Shown here piece after piece: positions 9,526-19,198 of a stretch of 64,000 nucleotides of DNA. Positions within the stretch are counted from its first letter, which is position 1; each line of letters opens with the position of its first letter. The notes beneath the pieces were generated by a model. It did not search any database, had not been told where the DNA came from, and saw nothing but the letters and a program-made list of their open reading frames with translations. This DNA is from Candidatus Latescibacterota bacterium (lineage in GTDB: Bacteria > Latescibacterota > UBA2968), in assembly GCA_965116885.1 (NCBI GenBank), contig OZ220741.1:2592001-2656000 (forward strand), read 5' to 3'. Made by a program: the position numbers and the translations under genes.

Positions 9526-10329
9526 GTGTTAAAAAAAAGATATAATTTCAGACCTATTAGGCTTCGGTCAGGACGAGGTTGTACACTACTTGTCATGTGG
9601 GCGGTGTGCGTTATGGCATTTGTACCGGTTTGGGCACAGCAAGACTTACAGCCACGACAATTGGTCGAAGCTCCCACGGCGGGTTTGTTGCCCGGTCGGA
9701 GTTTGGGGTTAGATCTTCGGTTTTATGGGAGCGATGGGATTTTGGGCGGTGTGTCGGTTGGTTTGTTCAGCCGGGGTATGGTTGGGGTGTCTTTTGGCGG
9801 AAGCGATATTTTGGGCAATGAGGCGCTGGATTTGAACCCCCGGATCGAGTTTTCAGGTCGCGTGCGGGTGATTGAAGAGGGATATACAATCCCGGCTCTG
9901 GCAGTGGGTTATACATCGCAGGGATACGGGATGTTCGATGATGAGTCGAAGCGCTATACCCGCAAGTCCAAGGGGATTTATGCTGTTGCCAGCAAAAATT
10001 TCAAGTTGCCTTTGGGACATACGGGTCTTCACGTTGGGGCGAACCGAAGTTTTGAAGATGGCGATGGCGATGATGATTTTACGGGTTATGTCGGGGTAGA
10101 TACAGGGTTTGGAAAATATGTGGTGGTGCTGGCGGAATACGATTTTGGATTGAATGATAACTCGGACGATAGCCTGGGTTCTGGAAAGGGATTTTTAAAT
10201 GCCGGTATCAGATGGACGCTGTCTGAGGCATTTGCTCTGGAATTTGATTTGAAGAATATTTTCCGCAATGGCATGCAAAATCCACATCCCGACCGGGAGC
10301 TTCGCATTGCGTATTTTGGAAAGTTTTGA
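9526..10329 (+). CDS. Secreted/outer-membrane beta-strand protein (YjbH-like)
   Basis: Signal-like segment, PTAGLL motif, alternating beta-strands, C-terminal Phe; start uncertain. Confidence 0.6.
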   Translation: MLKKRYNFRPIRLRSGRGCTLLVMWAVCVMAFVPVWAQQDLQPRQLVEAPTAGLLPGRSLGLDLRFYGSDGILGGVSVGLFSRGMVGVSFGGSDILGNEALDLNPRIEFSGRVRVIEEGYTIPALAVGYTSQGYGMFDDESKRYTRKSKGIYAVASKNFKLPLGHTGLHVGANRSFEDGDGDDDFTGYVGVDTGFGKYVVVLAEYDFGLNDNSDDSLGSGKGFLNAGIRWTLSEAFALEFDLKNIFRNGMQNPHPDRELRIAYFGKF

Positions 10330-10347
10330 TTTTTTTAAGCGTGAGTT

Positions 10348-10806
10348 TTACCATCCCTCTTTCATCCACTCAAACATTTTGTAGTGGTTGCCATCCATTC
10401 CCATTGCGTTATAAGTTTTTTGCGCCCGTTCGTTTTCCCTTTCGACGTAAAGCCGGAGCCCGCGCAGGTCGGCTGATTGTTCGACTCTGGTTTTTAAGTT
10501 TTCATACATCATCCGAAAAATACCGCGCCGCCGTGCGCTGGGGATTACATAGACCGAATGGATCCACAATACGGTTCCGTTGCGCCAGTCACTCCATTCG
10601 GGGACGGTGAGCAAGCAGCCAGCGACTTCTCCGTCTAATTCTGCTATCCAGTACGCCCCTTTGTGCGGGTCGTCAAAGATGGCCTGTACGCCTTTTTCTA
10701 CGGTTGGTCGATCCAGTGTAAGATCTTCCGCTTCTTTTGCCATTCGGATTTGAAAATCTATGATATTGGGCGCATCCTTTCGTCGCCCTCGACGAATCTC
10801 TATCAT
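10348..10806 (-). CDS. GNAT family N-acetyltransferase
   Basis: VYVIPSARRRGIF acetyl-CoA motif, NERAQKTY; ATGA overlap with upstream gene. Confidence 0.9.
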   Translation of the reverse strand: MIEIRRGRRKDAPNIIDFQIRMAKEAEDLTLDRPTVEKGVQAIFDDPHKGAYWIAELDGEVAGCLLTVPEWSDWRNGTVLWIHSVYVIPSARRRGIFRMMYENLKTRVEQSADLRGLRLYVERENERAQKTYNAMGMDGNHYKMFEWMKEGW

Positions 10807-11540
10807 AATCCCTGCTTCCATTTGCGATATAGTTCGAATGTTTCTTCATCTGGCGGATAGTATTTGCCCGGGGAGAGATTTTCCGTGTCCAGGCGTCTTC
10901 TGATCCATTCTTCGAGGTCGTCGTATTCTATTGCTTTTTGAGCCATTTCTGGCGCGACTTTGCGCGGGATGACGACTACGCCGTCGTCGTCGGCTACGAT
11001 GTAGTCTCCCGGTCTGACGAGGACGCCATCGACCTGTACCCAGTCATTGGTTGAATAGGGCGTTCCAACGCGGGTGCCGAGGTTTGATGTTTTGCCATAT
11101 CCCCATAGCATGATGCCATAGTCTTTGACGGTGTGCATGTCGCGGATGCCGCCATCGCAGATCAGTCCATCTACGCCCCGCTGTTTTAAGCGGAGAAATT
11201 TGATGTCTCCGCCAATGGACATCAGTTTGGTGCGCATGGATTCCATGACGATGACATCGCCTGGTCCGGCGAGTTCAAAGGCGGCGTATTCAGGGGATTC
11301 TTCGCCGTCTGGTTTTTCTTCGTCTGCATCGGGACGCGAGGGTACAAAGCGCACGGTGATGGCTCTGGCGACCAGTCGTTCTCCGGGGTTCATGGTTTGC
11401 AGATTGGGCATGTAGGTGTACCGCGCGTCGTAGCCATTGCGCGCGAGGACATCGACTACAGCGGTTGTGTTCACGCGCTTGAGTGCTTCTCGCGTTGCTT
11501 TGTCCAATACGTGATCGGGGGTGGGTTGTACAATTGCCAT
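10803..11540 (-). CDS. RraA-like / HMG-aldolase family protein
   Basis: GGDI, DGGIRD, VRPGDYIVADDDGVVVIP motifs. Confidence 0.85.
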   Translation of the reverse strand: MAIVQPTPDHVLDKATREALKRVNTTAVVDVLARNGYDARYTYMPNLQTMNPGERLVARAITVRFVPSRPDADEEKPDGEESPEYAAFELAGPGDVIVMESMRTKLMSIGGDIKFLRLKQRGVDGLICDGGIRDMHTVKDYGIMLWGYGKTSNLGTRVGTPYSTNDWVQVDGVLVRPGDYIVADDDGVVVIPRKVAPEMAQKAIEYDDLEEWIRRRLDTENLSPGKYYPPDEETFELYRKWKQGL

Positions 11541-11580
11541 ATATTCTCCTGTGTATGAATCAACGAATCAGCGAATCAAT

Positions 11581-11607
11581 GTAGGGGCGGTGCCCCTGTG
11601 CCCGCCC
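11581..11607 (+). repeat. GTAG-type REP element, copy 1
   Basis: GTAGGGGCGGTGCCCCTGTGCCCGCCC; identical at 15818, one mismatch at 59750. Confidence 0.85.
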
Positions 11608-11639
11608 GTTGGGTGGTTGGGCAGGGTTCTATTCGCGTT

Positions 11640-12620
11640 CTATTTGCTCTCGTTTTCGACGGCCTGTATCAATGCGATGATGTATCCAAATTGGAATGCC
11701 CAGGCCTGGGTTACGCGGCTGGAGACACCTTCGGGGGCTGTGTCGTCGGGATGGCGAGGGGCGTGGTCGGGCATGAGCATGTACGGATAGCCTGCCTGAT
11801 GTAACGCTTTTACGATTTCGTACATGTTGACGTCGCCTTCATCTGGCCAGGTTTCGCAAAAGTCGTGCAGGCCTCCGCGGATGTTTCTGAAGTGTACGTT
11901 GAAGATTTTTTTTCTTTCTGCGAAATATTTGATGATGGGCGGGAGTTCTTCGGCCGGGTTTTCCAGTCCTTCGGCGGCTACGCCGCAGCAGAAATTGAAT
12001 CCGTGATAGGGGCTGTCAACCAGTTCGCTGAATCGCTTCAGGCCTTCAAATACGGGATAATTCCACTTTTCTATGCCGTTTAACACAGGTGCGGGCGGGT
12101 CGTTGAGGTGGCACGCTATTTGGATTTTGTATTCTTCGGCAACGGGTATTACGCGTTCGAGAAAGTATGCGGCGCGTTCAAAAGCTTCTTCCCGGCTTAC
12201 GCGGCCGATTTCGGTGAGGGTGTCGTTGTCGTATTCAGAGAGGACAAAAGAGCTGTACGTCGTTCCGCCGCGGCCCGGTCTGCGTCCGGTGCGCTGTACA
12301 AGGCCGCCGGAAGGTGCGCGCAAGACGCAGAAGTTGTAGTTTAGACCGCGCAGTCCGGCTTTGTGCGCGTTTTCGATGTATTGACAGAACAGGTCGATGT
12401 CTCTGTCGCGTTGCGGGTCTTTTGCCATGGGGATGCTGTCCATTGGGGGGACGTGAATCATTTCGAGTTCGACTCCGTAAGCAGCGGCTTCTTCTCTGTG
12501 CCGCGCGAGGGTGTCGGCATCCATGCCATCTACTGTGGCGTCAAAATGGGTGACGCCATGACGGGATAGAAATTCCATTTCTATTTTTGATGTGCCGAAG
12601 TACTGTGTGCCTACGTACAT
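11640..12620 (-). CDS. Mannonate dehydratase (UxuA)-like protein
   Basis: YNFC, HLNDPP, VHFRN, DEGDVNM, MPDH motifs. Confidence 0.8.
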   Translation of the reverse strand: MYVGTQYFGTSKIEMEFLSRHGVTHFDATVDGMDADTLARHREEAAAYGVELEMIHVPPMDSIPMAKDPQRDRDIDLFCQYIENAHKAGLRGLNYNFCVLRAPSGGLVQRTGRRPGRGGTTYSSFVLSEYDNDTLTEIGRVSREEAFERAAYFLERVIPVAEEYKIQIACHLNDPPAPVLNGIEKWNYPVFEGLKRFSELVDSPYHGFNFCCGVAAEGLENPAEELPPIIKYFAERKKIFNVHFRNIRGGLHDFCETWPDEGDVNMYEIVKALHQAGYPYMLMPDHAPRHPDDTAPEGVSSRVTQAWAFQFGYIIALIQAVENESK

Positions 12621-12631
12621 GATTCATCCTT

Positions 12632-13747
12632 TCAAAGAATTTGGGATAGAGCTTCGTCGAGTTTCTGGACGGTGCGGTCGATGTTCTGGAGTTTGTCCAG
12701 GCCGAATAGGCCCAGGCGAAAGGTTTGAAAGTCTTCTGGTTCGTCGCATTGCAAGGGTACGCCAGCGGCGATTTGAAGGCCCGCGTCCATGAATTTTTTG
12801 CCGGTGTGTATGTCGGGGTCTTCGGTGTAGCTGACTACCACTCCCGGTGCCTGGAAGCCTTCTGCCGCCACGCTTTTTATGCCTTTGCTGTCCAGGAGTG
12901 CGCGAACTTTGTGGCCGAGTTCTCGTTGCTGGGCGCAAATTTTATCAAAGCCGTAATTTTCGGTTTCTTTCATTGTGTTGCGAAAGACTGTGAGGGCGTC
13001 TGTGGGCATGGTTGCGTGATACGCATGGCCACCACCTTCATAGGCTTCCATAATTTGAAGCCATTTGTGCAGGTCGCAGGCAAAACTGGAACTGGTGGTG
13101 GATTCGATTCTTTCCAGCGCAGGGGAACTGAGCATGACAAGGCCGCAACACGCAGCGGCGCTCCAGCCTTTTTGTGGGGCGCTGATCAGGATATCGACAC
13201 CGCGGGCTTTCATGTCGACCCAGATTGTTCCCGAGGCGATGCAGTCCAATATTAGGAGGCCGCCAACAGCGTGTACGGCGTCTGCTACGGAACGGATGTA
13301 GTCGTCGGGGAGTATGATCCCGGATGCGGTTTCGACGTGTGGTGCGAAGACAAAGTCGGGTTTTTCTGTTGCGATTGTCTCTGTGACTTCTTCAATAGGT
13401 GGCGGTGCAAATGGGGCGTGTTTGTCTTCGCCTGTGCGCCGCGCTTTGAGGACTGTGGATTGGGATGGGATGTCGCCCATTTCGAAAATTTGGCTCCAGC
13501 GATAGCTGAACCATCCATTGCGAATGACAAGGCATTTTTTGTCTGTTGCAAATTGTCGCGCTACGGCTTCCATGCCGAATGTGCCACTGCCGGGTACGAC
13601 GATGACCGCGCTGGCGTTATACACTTTTTTGAGTGTGGTGGAAATATCTTTCATCACACTCTGGAAGGATTGCGACATGTGGTTGAGCGCGCGGTCTGTA
13701 TAGACGACAGAGTATTCCAGGAGTTTATCGGGACGTATATCTGACAT
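12632..13747 (-). CDS. Class V PLP aminotransferase (serine/alanine-glyoxylate type)
   Basis: PGSGTFGME, HVETASG, DCIAS, SAPQKG (PLP lysine). Confidence 0.9.
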   Translation of the reverse strand: MSDIRPDKLLEYSVVYTDRALNHMSQSFQSVMKDISTTLKKVYNASAVIVVPGSGTFGMEAVARQFATDKKCLVIRNGWFSYRWSQIFEMGDIPSQSTVLKARRTGEDKHAPFAPPPIEEVTETIATEKPDFVFAPHVETASGIILPDDYIRSVADAVHAVGGLLILDCIASGTIWVDMKARGVDILISAPQKGWSAAACCGLVMLSSPALERIESTTSSSFACDLHKWLQIMEAYEGGGHAYHATMPTDALTVFRNTMKETENYGFDKICAQQRELGHKVRALLDSKGIKSVAAEGFQAPGVVVSYTEDPDIHTGKKFMDAGLQIAAGVPLQCDEPEDFQTFRLGLFGLDKLQNIDRTVQKLDEALSQIL

Positions 13748-13778
13748 TGTTGCCCTCACAGTGAATGGATAGTTTGGT

Positions 13779-14747
13779 CTATAGTTCCACTTCGGCGATG
13801 GCTATGCCGCTTTCTCCTGCGACGGCATATAGTAAATAGATGTGGTTATTTTCTTCAAAGATTGCCGGGTCGCGCAACTGGTTGACGTGTCCATAAGCTA
13901 CGCTGCGGATAGAGGGTTCCAGTGGTGCGTCCGCGCCTTCATAGGGGTGTTCTGGGCGCAGGATTTCTACGCTTTCTGTTTCGCGCCAGTTTTGCCAGTC
14001 AGCCGATATGTCAATGGTGCTGAGTAATATGCTTTCGGGTACGTCTCCTACCTGTGTCCAGAATATGTACAGGGTATTTTCGCATTTTAACAGTGCTGCG
14101 TGGCGCATGTTTTTGTTGAATAGCAATGGGCCTTCTTCAAAGTGCGAGAGTCCGTTAGCTGACCGATAAAATTGGCCCGGCATTGCCATGCCATAGACAT
14201 AACCCGCGTGTCGAAAGATTCTGAGATAGCTTTTGGCGAAGGTTTCTGGGCGCGCTGTGAAGTTGATTCCATCGGGAGATGTGGCGACGCGGCTGATTTG
14301 ATGTGCGAGTTTTTCGAGTCCGTGATAGTACATGACTATGGTTTGGTCGGCGTGGTTGACGTGTACATCTGGCGATGCGATATGCGGTGTGGTGGCTTCT
14401 GTCAGGAGGTCGTGGGATAATTTTTGAGGTCCTTTTTCCGCGTGCCAGCGTGCTTTGATTTGCGCTATGTCTTTTTCTGATGCGGCGAGTGGCTGTGTGG
14501 GAAAATGCGAGTCGGCGAGTTGCAAAGTTCCCGGTGGATGTATTTTCCAGGGTCCGCGCAGGTCATTTGCATAAGCGAGGCGGATGTAGCTTCCTTTGTG
14601 GTCGGCAAAGTAGAGGTAATACGATCCGAGTGGTTCGGAGACCCAGTCGGGTACGCGGATTAGCGAGGGTCCCTGGATGTTGTGTCCGATGCTCGGGTGC
14701 AGATCCGGGGTGATGATGGGTGCATTGCGTAGCCGCGTGACGCGCAT
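13779..14747 (-). CDS. Hypothetical protein, probable five-bladed beta-propeller glycosidase-like fold
   Basis: GPSL, YYLYFADH, SPDV, RDPAIF propeller-like repeats. Confidence 0.55.
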   Translation of the reverse strand: MRVTRLRNAPIITPDLHPSIGHNIQGPSLIRVPDWVSEPLGSYYLYFADHKGSYIRLAYANDLRGPWKIHPPGTLQLADSHFPTQPLAASEKDIAQIKARWHAEKGPQKLSHDLLTEATTPHIASPDVHVNHADQTIVMYYHGLEKLAHQISRVATSPDGINFTARPETFAKSYLRIFRHAGYVYGMAMPGQFYRSANGLSHFEEGPLLFNKNMRHAALLKCENTLYIFWTQVGDVPESILLSTIDISADWQNWRETESVEILRPEHPYEGADAPLEPSIRSVAYGHVNQLRDPAIFEENNHIYLLYAVAGESGIAIAEVEL

Positions 14748-14758
14748 GTTATTTTCCT

Positions 14759-15751
14759 TTATACCAGTCCTGGTGTGAAGATTACCATGTCTTCTTCGAA
14801 ATTTCTCAATGGCGCTATGCCGAGTTTTTTGAGTGTGTTGTGGTAGATTTTGACCCCTTCTTCCGGGCTGATAAGGCCGTCTGCGATGTCGCGCAGGACT
14901 TCGACAAATGCTCTGGGATTTTCGGCACCTTTGATGCGGCGGCCAAAGAGGGCGACGCGCGCGCCGTGTTTTTTGGCTTCGGATATGAGTTTGAATGAGT
15001 CGTAAGTGGTGCTCGTTGGTCCGCCGAGGATGCCGACGACGACTGTGGAATCGTAGTTGACGAGGGCTTCCATCGCTTCTGGGCCATTGTAGGCGATTTT
15101 CAAAAATTCGGGACGCGATGCCCGGGGTATGCCGGCGAGCATCCGGGCGATCTGGTCATTTACGTATGTGGGGATGTCTTCTGGATTCAACCCGCAGTCC
15201 GTTACATTGGGATTAAAGACTTCGAGGAAGTATCGAAAGCCTTTGCGTGTGGCTTCTGTTCTGAAGGCTTTGAACTGCATCAGTGAGAGCCAGTCTGTAT
15301 CCAGGTTGTTGTTGAATGTGATGGAGTACAGGCCGAGGTCGATGTCTGGTTTCTGGTCGGGTTTGGGCAATAGTGTGCCGTATTGCGCTTCTTCAATTGT
15401 GGGTGAGGCAAAGGGGCGAGATGGGAGGGAGGTGTATTCTGCGCCTGTTGCATCCCACAGGTCAGTTGTGTCATTGGCGCGTACGGCAGGTGTTACGGGT
15501 GATGTGTCAAAAAGTCGTTTTTCTCGCGCCAGGACATCCATAGTGGAGACAGAGGTCAGCAGAACATCGATTTTTGCTTGTTCAGTGATATCCACAAGGT
15601 CATCGTAATAGGCTTGTATAGATGGTGTGGCATCTGTGAGTGTTGCAAGTCCTTTTGACATGTCGGGATCAGCGGCATACGCGATGATAAATGCATCGCT
15701 GTTGGGGTTGTTGCGTATGTCGGCGAGTTTTGCGTCTAATGATTTTTTCAT
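14759..15751 (-). CDS. Hypothetical protein, probable class I aldolase-like TIM barrel
   Basis: FLEVF, FLKIAY (candidate Schiff-base Lys), GILGG, ALFGR motifs. Confidence 0.55.
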   Translation of the reverse strand: MKKSLDAKLADIRNNPNSDAFIIAYAADPDMSKGLATLTDATPSIQAYYDDLVDITEQAKIDVLLTSVSTMDVLAREKRLFDTSPVTPAVRANDTTDLWDATGAEYTSLPSRPFASPTIEEAQYGTLLPKPDQKPDIDLGLYSITFNNNLDTDWLSLMQFKAFRTEATRKGFRYFLEVFNPNVTDCGLNPEDIPTYVNDQIARMLAGIPRASRPEFLKIAYNGPEAMEALVNYDSTVVVGILGGPTSTTYDSFKLISEAKKHGARVALFGRRIKGAENPRAFVEVLRDIADGLISPEEGVKIYHNTLKKLGIAPLRNFEEDMVIFTPGLV

Positions 15752-15817
15752 CTGTGTCCTTTTCCTTTGTGATGAGCAGCGGAGCGGTGTACAACCGGTT
15801 CAGGCCAGTTCATCGCT

Positions 15818-15844
15818 GTAGGGGCGGTGCCCCTGTGCCCGCCC
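15818..15844 (+). repeat. GTAG-type REP element, copy 2
   Basis: Identical to 11581-11607. Confidence 0.85.
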
Positions 15845-15876
15845 GTTAGGTGGTTGGGTGGGGTTCGTCTATTCGT

Positions 15877-16530
15877 CTATTCGTCTTTGTGAATTAGAAT
15901 CACATCGGCTCCGATGAATTCGATTTCTGTTTTATAGGTGTTTCCCAACCATTCAAATGTTGGTTTTGAAAAAAAGCAGATGTGTGTTGGGTCTCTTTTG
16001 TAATGCCAATTTTCAAATGCGGATTTGTCAATTGCGAGTTTGGTCATGATGCCGAGTATGCCGCCTGGCTTTATAAGGCGATAAAGTCTTTGTAATTCAT
16101 ATTGCGGGTTTTTCAGGTGTTCGACGACTTCTGTTGCGGTTACAAAGTCGTATTCGCGCTGGAAGACTTCGGGGTTGTGCGCGTAAAATTTGTCGTATAT
16201 TTCGACGGTATGTCCATGCTCTTGAAGCATAAGGGATAATGTCGGTCCGGGACCGCATCCGAAATCCAGGCCGTGCGCGCGTTTGGGTAGGCGCGCTTTT
16301 AAAGGGTTGCAAATTCGCGATAAAAATGTCCTGTATTTTGGGTCTGCGGGGTCGTTTTTGTGCAGGTCGTAGCGTTGTTTTTCCTCTTGTTCTGATAGGT
16401 GAAACGTTTTGGGTACAAAGATGAGAGAACAATCCGTACAGGTCAGATATTCCCTGAATGCGTCGCGGAGATAGTGGGTTGTGTTCTGGCTTTTGCAAAG
16501 CGGACAGGTGTCCGCTGGAGAGTTGTGCAT
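15877..16530 (-). CDS. Class I SAM-dependent methyltransferase with N-terminal CxxC...CxxC
   Basis: CPLC, CTDC, LDFGCGPG, TEVVEH, DPTHICFF. Confidence 0.88.
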   Translation of the reverse strand: MHNSPADTCPLCKSQNTTHYLRDAFREYLTCTDCSLIFVPKTFHLSEQEEKQRYDLHKNDPADPKYRTFLSRICNPLKARLPKRAHGLDFGCGPGPTLSLMLQEHGHTVEIYDKFYAHNPEVFQREYDFVTATEVVEHLKNPQYELQRLYRLIKPGGILGIMTKLAIDKSAFENWHYKRDPTHICFFSKPTFEWLGNTYKTEIEFIGADVILIHKDE

Positions 16531-16660
16531 AGTGTAGATTAAATGATGTGGCGTCTCAAAATCCCATTGTATTATTCGCGCAATCAGAATATCTTTGGCT
16601 CCGACCCTGCATAAGGTAACAATTTATCCATTTTTCACAATATACAAAACGGAGATTTTC

Positions 16661-18289
16661 ATGACTGGTTACGATGCTATGGCGCGTGTGCTCAAGGCAG
16701 AAGGCGTTGAGTTTCTGGTGGCTTTTCCCCATCAACACCTCATTGAGTCCGCGGCCAAAGTGGGTATTACCCCTATTATTTGTCGTCAGGAGCGCGCGGG
16801 TGTCAATATGGCCGATGGTTTTAGTCGCGTGTCCAATGGAAAAAGGTTTGGCGTTTTTACGATGCAGCAAGGTCCCGGCGCGGAGAATGCGTTTGGGGGC
16901 GTGGCGCAGGCGTATGCAGATTCGGTGCCTGTGTTGCACTTGCCCGGCGGGGAATCGCTGTTGCGCCAGGGTATTCATCCGACATTTGAAGCGGTGCGGA
17001 ATTACCGTCATATTACGAAGTGGGCGGCTCAAATATACGCGGTAGAGGATATTCCGGTTATGTTGCGTCGCGCGGTTGTGCAGATGAAGAGCGGGCGTTT
17101 GGGTCCCGTGTTGTTGGAGATGCCCAGAGAGGCTATGGCGGTCGAATATCCAGGTGAAGATGTCGCTTATTCGCCGGTTCAGATCCGACGCTCCGCTGCT
17201 GCGTCTGAGGATGTGCGGGATATGATTACAGATCTTCTCCGCGCTCACCGTCCGGTTATTATTGCGGGGCAGGGGGTGTTGTATGCCGAGGCGACGGAGG
17301 AGTTGATTGAGTTTGCGGAGTTGACGAGTATTCCCGTGATGACGACGCTTGCGGGCAAGAGTGTTTTTCCAGAGACGCATCCACTGTCACTGGGCACTGG
17401 CGGACACACGTACACGTTGATGGTTAAGCGGTTTTTGGAGACGATGGATTTTGGGCTGGGGATTGGTACAAGTTTTACGCGCAATACATTTACCACGCCT
17501 ATGCCAGAGGGGGTTCCTCTGGCTCAGGTGACGAATTGCGCGGAGGATATGGGCAAGGATTTCGAGGTTGCAGTGGGCGCACTGGGGGATGCCAAGCTGG
17601 TGTTGAGGCAGATGATTGAAGAGGTGAAGCGACAGGTTGGCGAGGGTGGGCGTGAGAATGATGCCGAGGACCGGGTTGCCGCTGTGACTCGGGAGTTTGC
17701 CGATTTGTGGGAGCCGCATTTTACGTCTGATGAAATTCCGATTAGTCCTTATCGCGTGATTCGTGAGTTGGAAAATGCGGTTGATGTGGGCAATACGATT
17801 ATTACCCACGATTCGGGTTATCCGCGCGATCAACTCGTTCCGACGTGGAAGCCTGTGACGCCGCGTGGGTACCTGGGGTGGGGCAAGTCAACGCAGCTGG
17901 GCTATGGTTTGGGGCTGGCGTTGGGCGCGAAGTTGGCTGCGCCGGAGAGACAGGTGATCAATTTGATGGGCGATGCGGCGTTTGGGATGGCGGGGCTGGA
18001 TCTGGAGACGGGTGTTCGGGCAGAGATTCCGATTTTTACGGTTGTGCTCAATAATGGGGTGATGACAAAGTACGATTCGCATATGCCCTATGCGTCAGAT
18101 CGCTTTGGGAGCAATGAGATGAGCGGGAATTACGCCCAGGTGAGCGCGGGTTTGGGCACACATGCCGAGCGCGTGGATACGCCCGCAGAACTCGCACCCG
18201 CGATCCACCGTGCACTCGCCGCGAATAGAGAGGGCAAAACCGCTGTGCTGGAGGTGATGACCAAGGCAGAGCCAAATGTCCCGACGTGA
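16661..18289 (+). CDS. Thiamine pyrophosphate-dependent enzyme (acetolactate synthase-like)
   Basis: RQERAGVNMADG, GPGAEN, GDAAFGM...NN TPP motif. Confidence 0.92.
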   Translation: MTGYDAMARVLKAEGVEFLVAFPHQHLIESAAKVGITPIICRQERAGVNMADGFSRVSNGKRFGVFTMQQGPGAENAFGGVAQAYADSVPVLHLPGGESLLRQGIHPTFEAVRNYRHITKWAAQIYAVEDIPVMLRRAVVQMKSGRLGPVLLEMPREAMAVEYPGEDVAYSPVQIRRSAAASEDVRDMITDLLRAHRPVIIAGQGVLYAEATEELIEFAELTSIPVMTTLAGKSVFPETHPLSLGTGGHTYTLMVKRFLETMDFGLGIGTSFTRNTFTTPMPEGVPLAQVTNCAEDMGKDFEVAVGALGDAKLVLRQMIEEVKRQVGEGGRENDAEDRVAAVTREFADLWEPHFTSDEIPISPYRVIRELENAVDVGNTIITHDSGYPRDQLVPTWKPVTPRGYLGWGKSTQLGYGLGLALGAKLAAPERQVINLMGDAAFGMAGLDLETGVRAEIPIFTVVLNNGVMTKYDSHMPYASDRFGSNEMSGNYAQVSAGLGTHAERVDTPAELAPAIHRALAANREGKTAVLEVMTKAEPNVPT

Positions 18290-18345
18290 TGTAGTGCGAG
18301 CAGGTAGTATTTCAACTTTTGCCAGATAATAGGTGGTGGTTCGGC

Positions 18346-18972
18346 ATGGACAGTGTTTTCATTTATTGGGACAATTCCAATATTTTTCATGAAGCACAAC
18401 GGCTGGCGGAGGAACGGCGCGAAGGCCCCAATGCCCGTTATCGCGTGCGTATCAACGTTGACAATATATTGCGCCTGGCGCATGCCGACCGCTCTTTGAA
18501 GAAGGCTCTCGCCGCTGGCTCTGTGCCGCCGGAGATGCGCCAGTTGTGGAACCGGATGGAGAGCAAGGGGGTGGAGGTTCATCTATTTGACCGGGGCGAA
18601 TCTGCGCGTGGCGAACAAGAAATGCCCGACCGGGTGTTGCAGTTGCGGATGCTGGAAGATGCGTTGGATTACAACGGCAATCCGGGTATTGTGGTGTTAT
18701 TGACGGGCGATGGCGCAGGTTATCTGGAAGGTGCAGGTTTTCACAGTACATTGGAGCGCATGCACAAGCGCGGTTGGCGGGTGGAAATCCTTTCCTGGAA
18801 GCATTCTTGCAACCAGCGGATGCGCAGATGGGCGCAGAAAAACGGCGTGTTTGTGGCGTTGGACGACTTTTATGAGGCCATTACGTTTATGGAGCCGTCC
18901 CGACCAGGGGCTGAGCTTGCGGTTCCACGCGATTCTGCGGAATTGGACTTGTCGAAAAGGCCGATGGCTTGA
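18346..18972 (+). CDS. NYN domain (LabA/DUF88, PIN-like) ribonuclease
   Basis: VFIYWDNSN, EQEMPD, VLLTGDG acidic motifs, GWRVEILSW, FVALDD. Confidence 0.85.
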   Translation: MDSVFIYWDNSNIFHEAQRLAEERREGPNARYRVRINVDNILRLAHADRSLKKALAAGSVPPEMRQLWNRMESKGVEVHLFDRGESARGEQEMPDRVLQLRMLEDALDYNGNPGIVVLLTGDGAGYLEGAGFHSTLERMHKRGWRVEILSWKHSCNQRMRRWAQKNGVFVALDDFYEAITFMEPSRPGAELAVPRDSAELDLSKRPMA

Positions 18973-18981
18973 TTGGGAATG

Positions 18982-19198
18982 TCTATTCACGTTAAATTGT
19001 CAAATTTTAGTGAATGGACGGACAAAATGGGCTCTATTCACGTTAAATTGCCAAATTTTAGTGAATGGATAGATCAAAATGGATGCCATTCATGGTAAAT
19101 TGTCAAATTTCAGTGAATAGATAGGCTAAAATGGGTTCTATTCATGGTAAATTGTCGAATATTAGTGAATAGATGGGTAAAATGGGTTCTATTCACGG
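18982..19198. repeat. Tandem array of ~4.2 units of 51-52 bp, each with an imperfect ~37 bp palindrome
   Basis: Units start at 18982, 19033, 19085, 19137, 19188; arms TCTATTCAY...GTGAATRGA around a central AAATTGTCAAATTT-like core, joined by a 14-15 bp linker containing AAAATGG. Confidence 0.92.

Noticed and set aside
18710..19072. ORF with LFTLNCQILVNG peptide repeat
   Set aside because: It overlaps the NYN gene out of frame and merely reads into the DNA array; 52-bp units break the frame.
18982..19198. CRISPR array
   Set aside because: Linkers are only 14-15 bp and resemble each other, the repeats are degenerate, and no cas genes are in the window.
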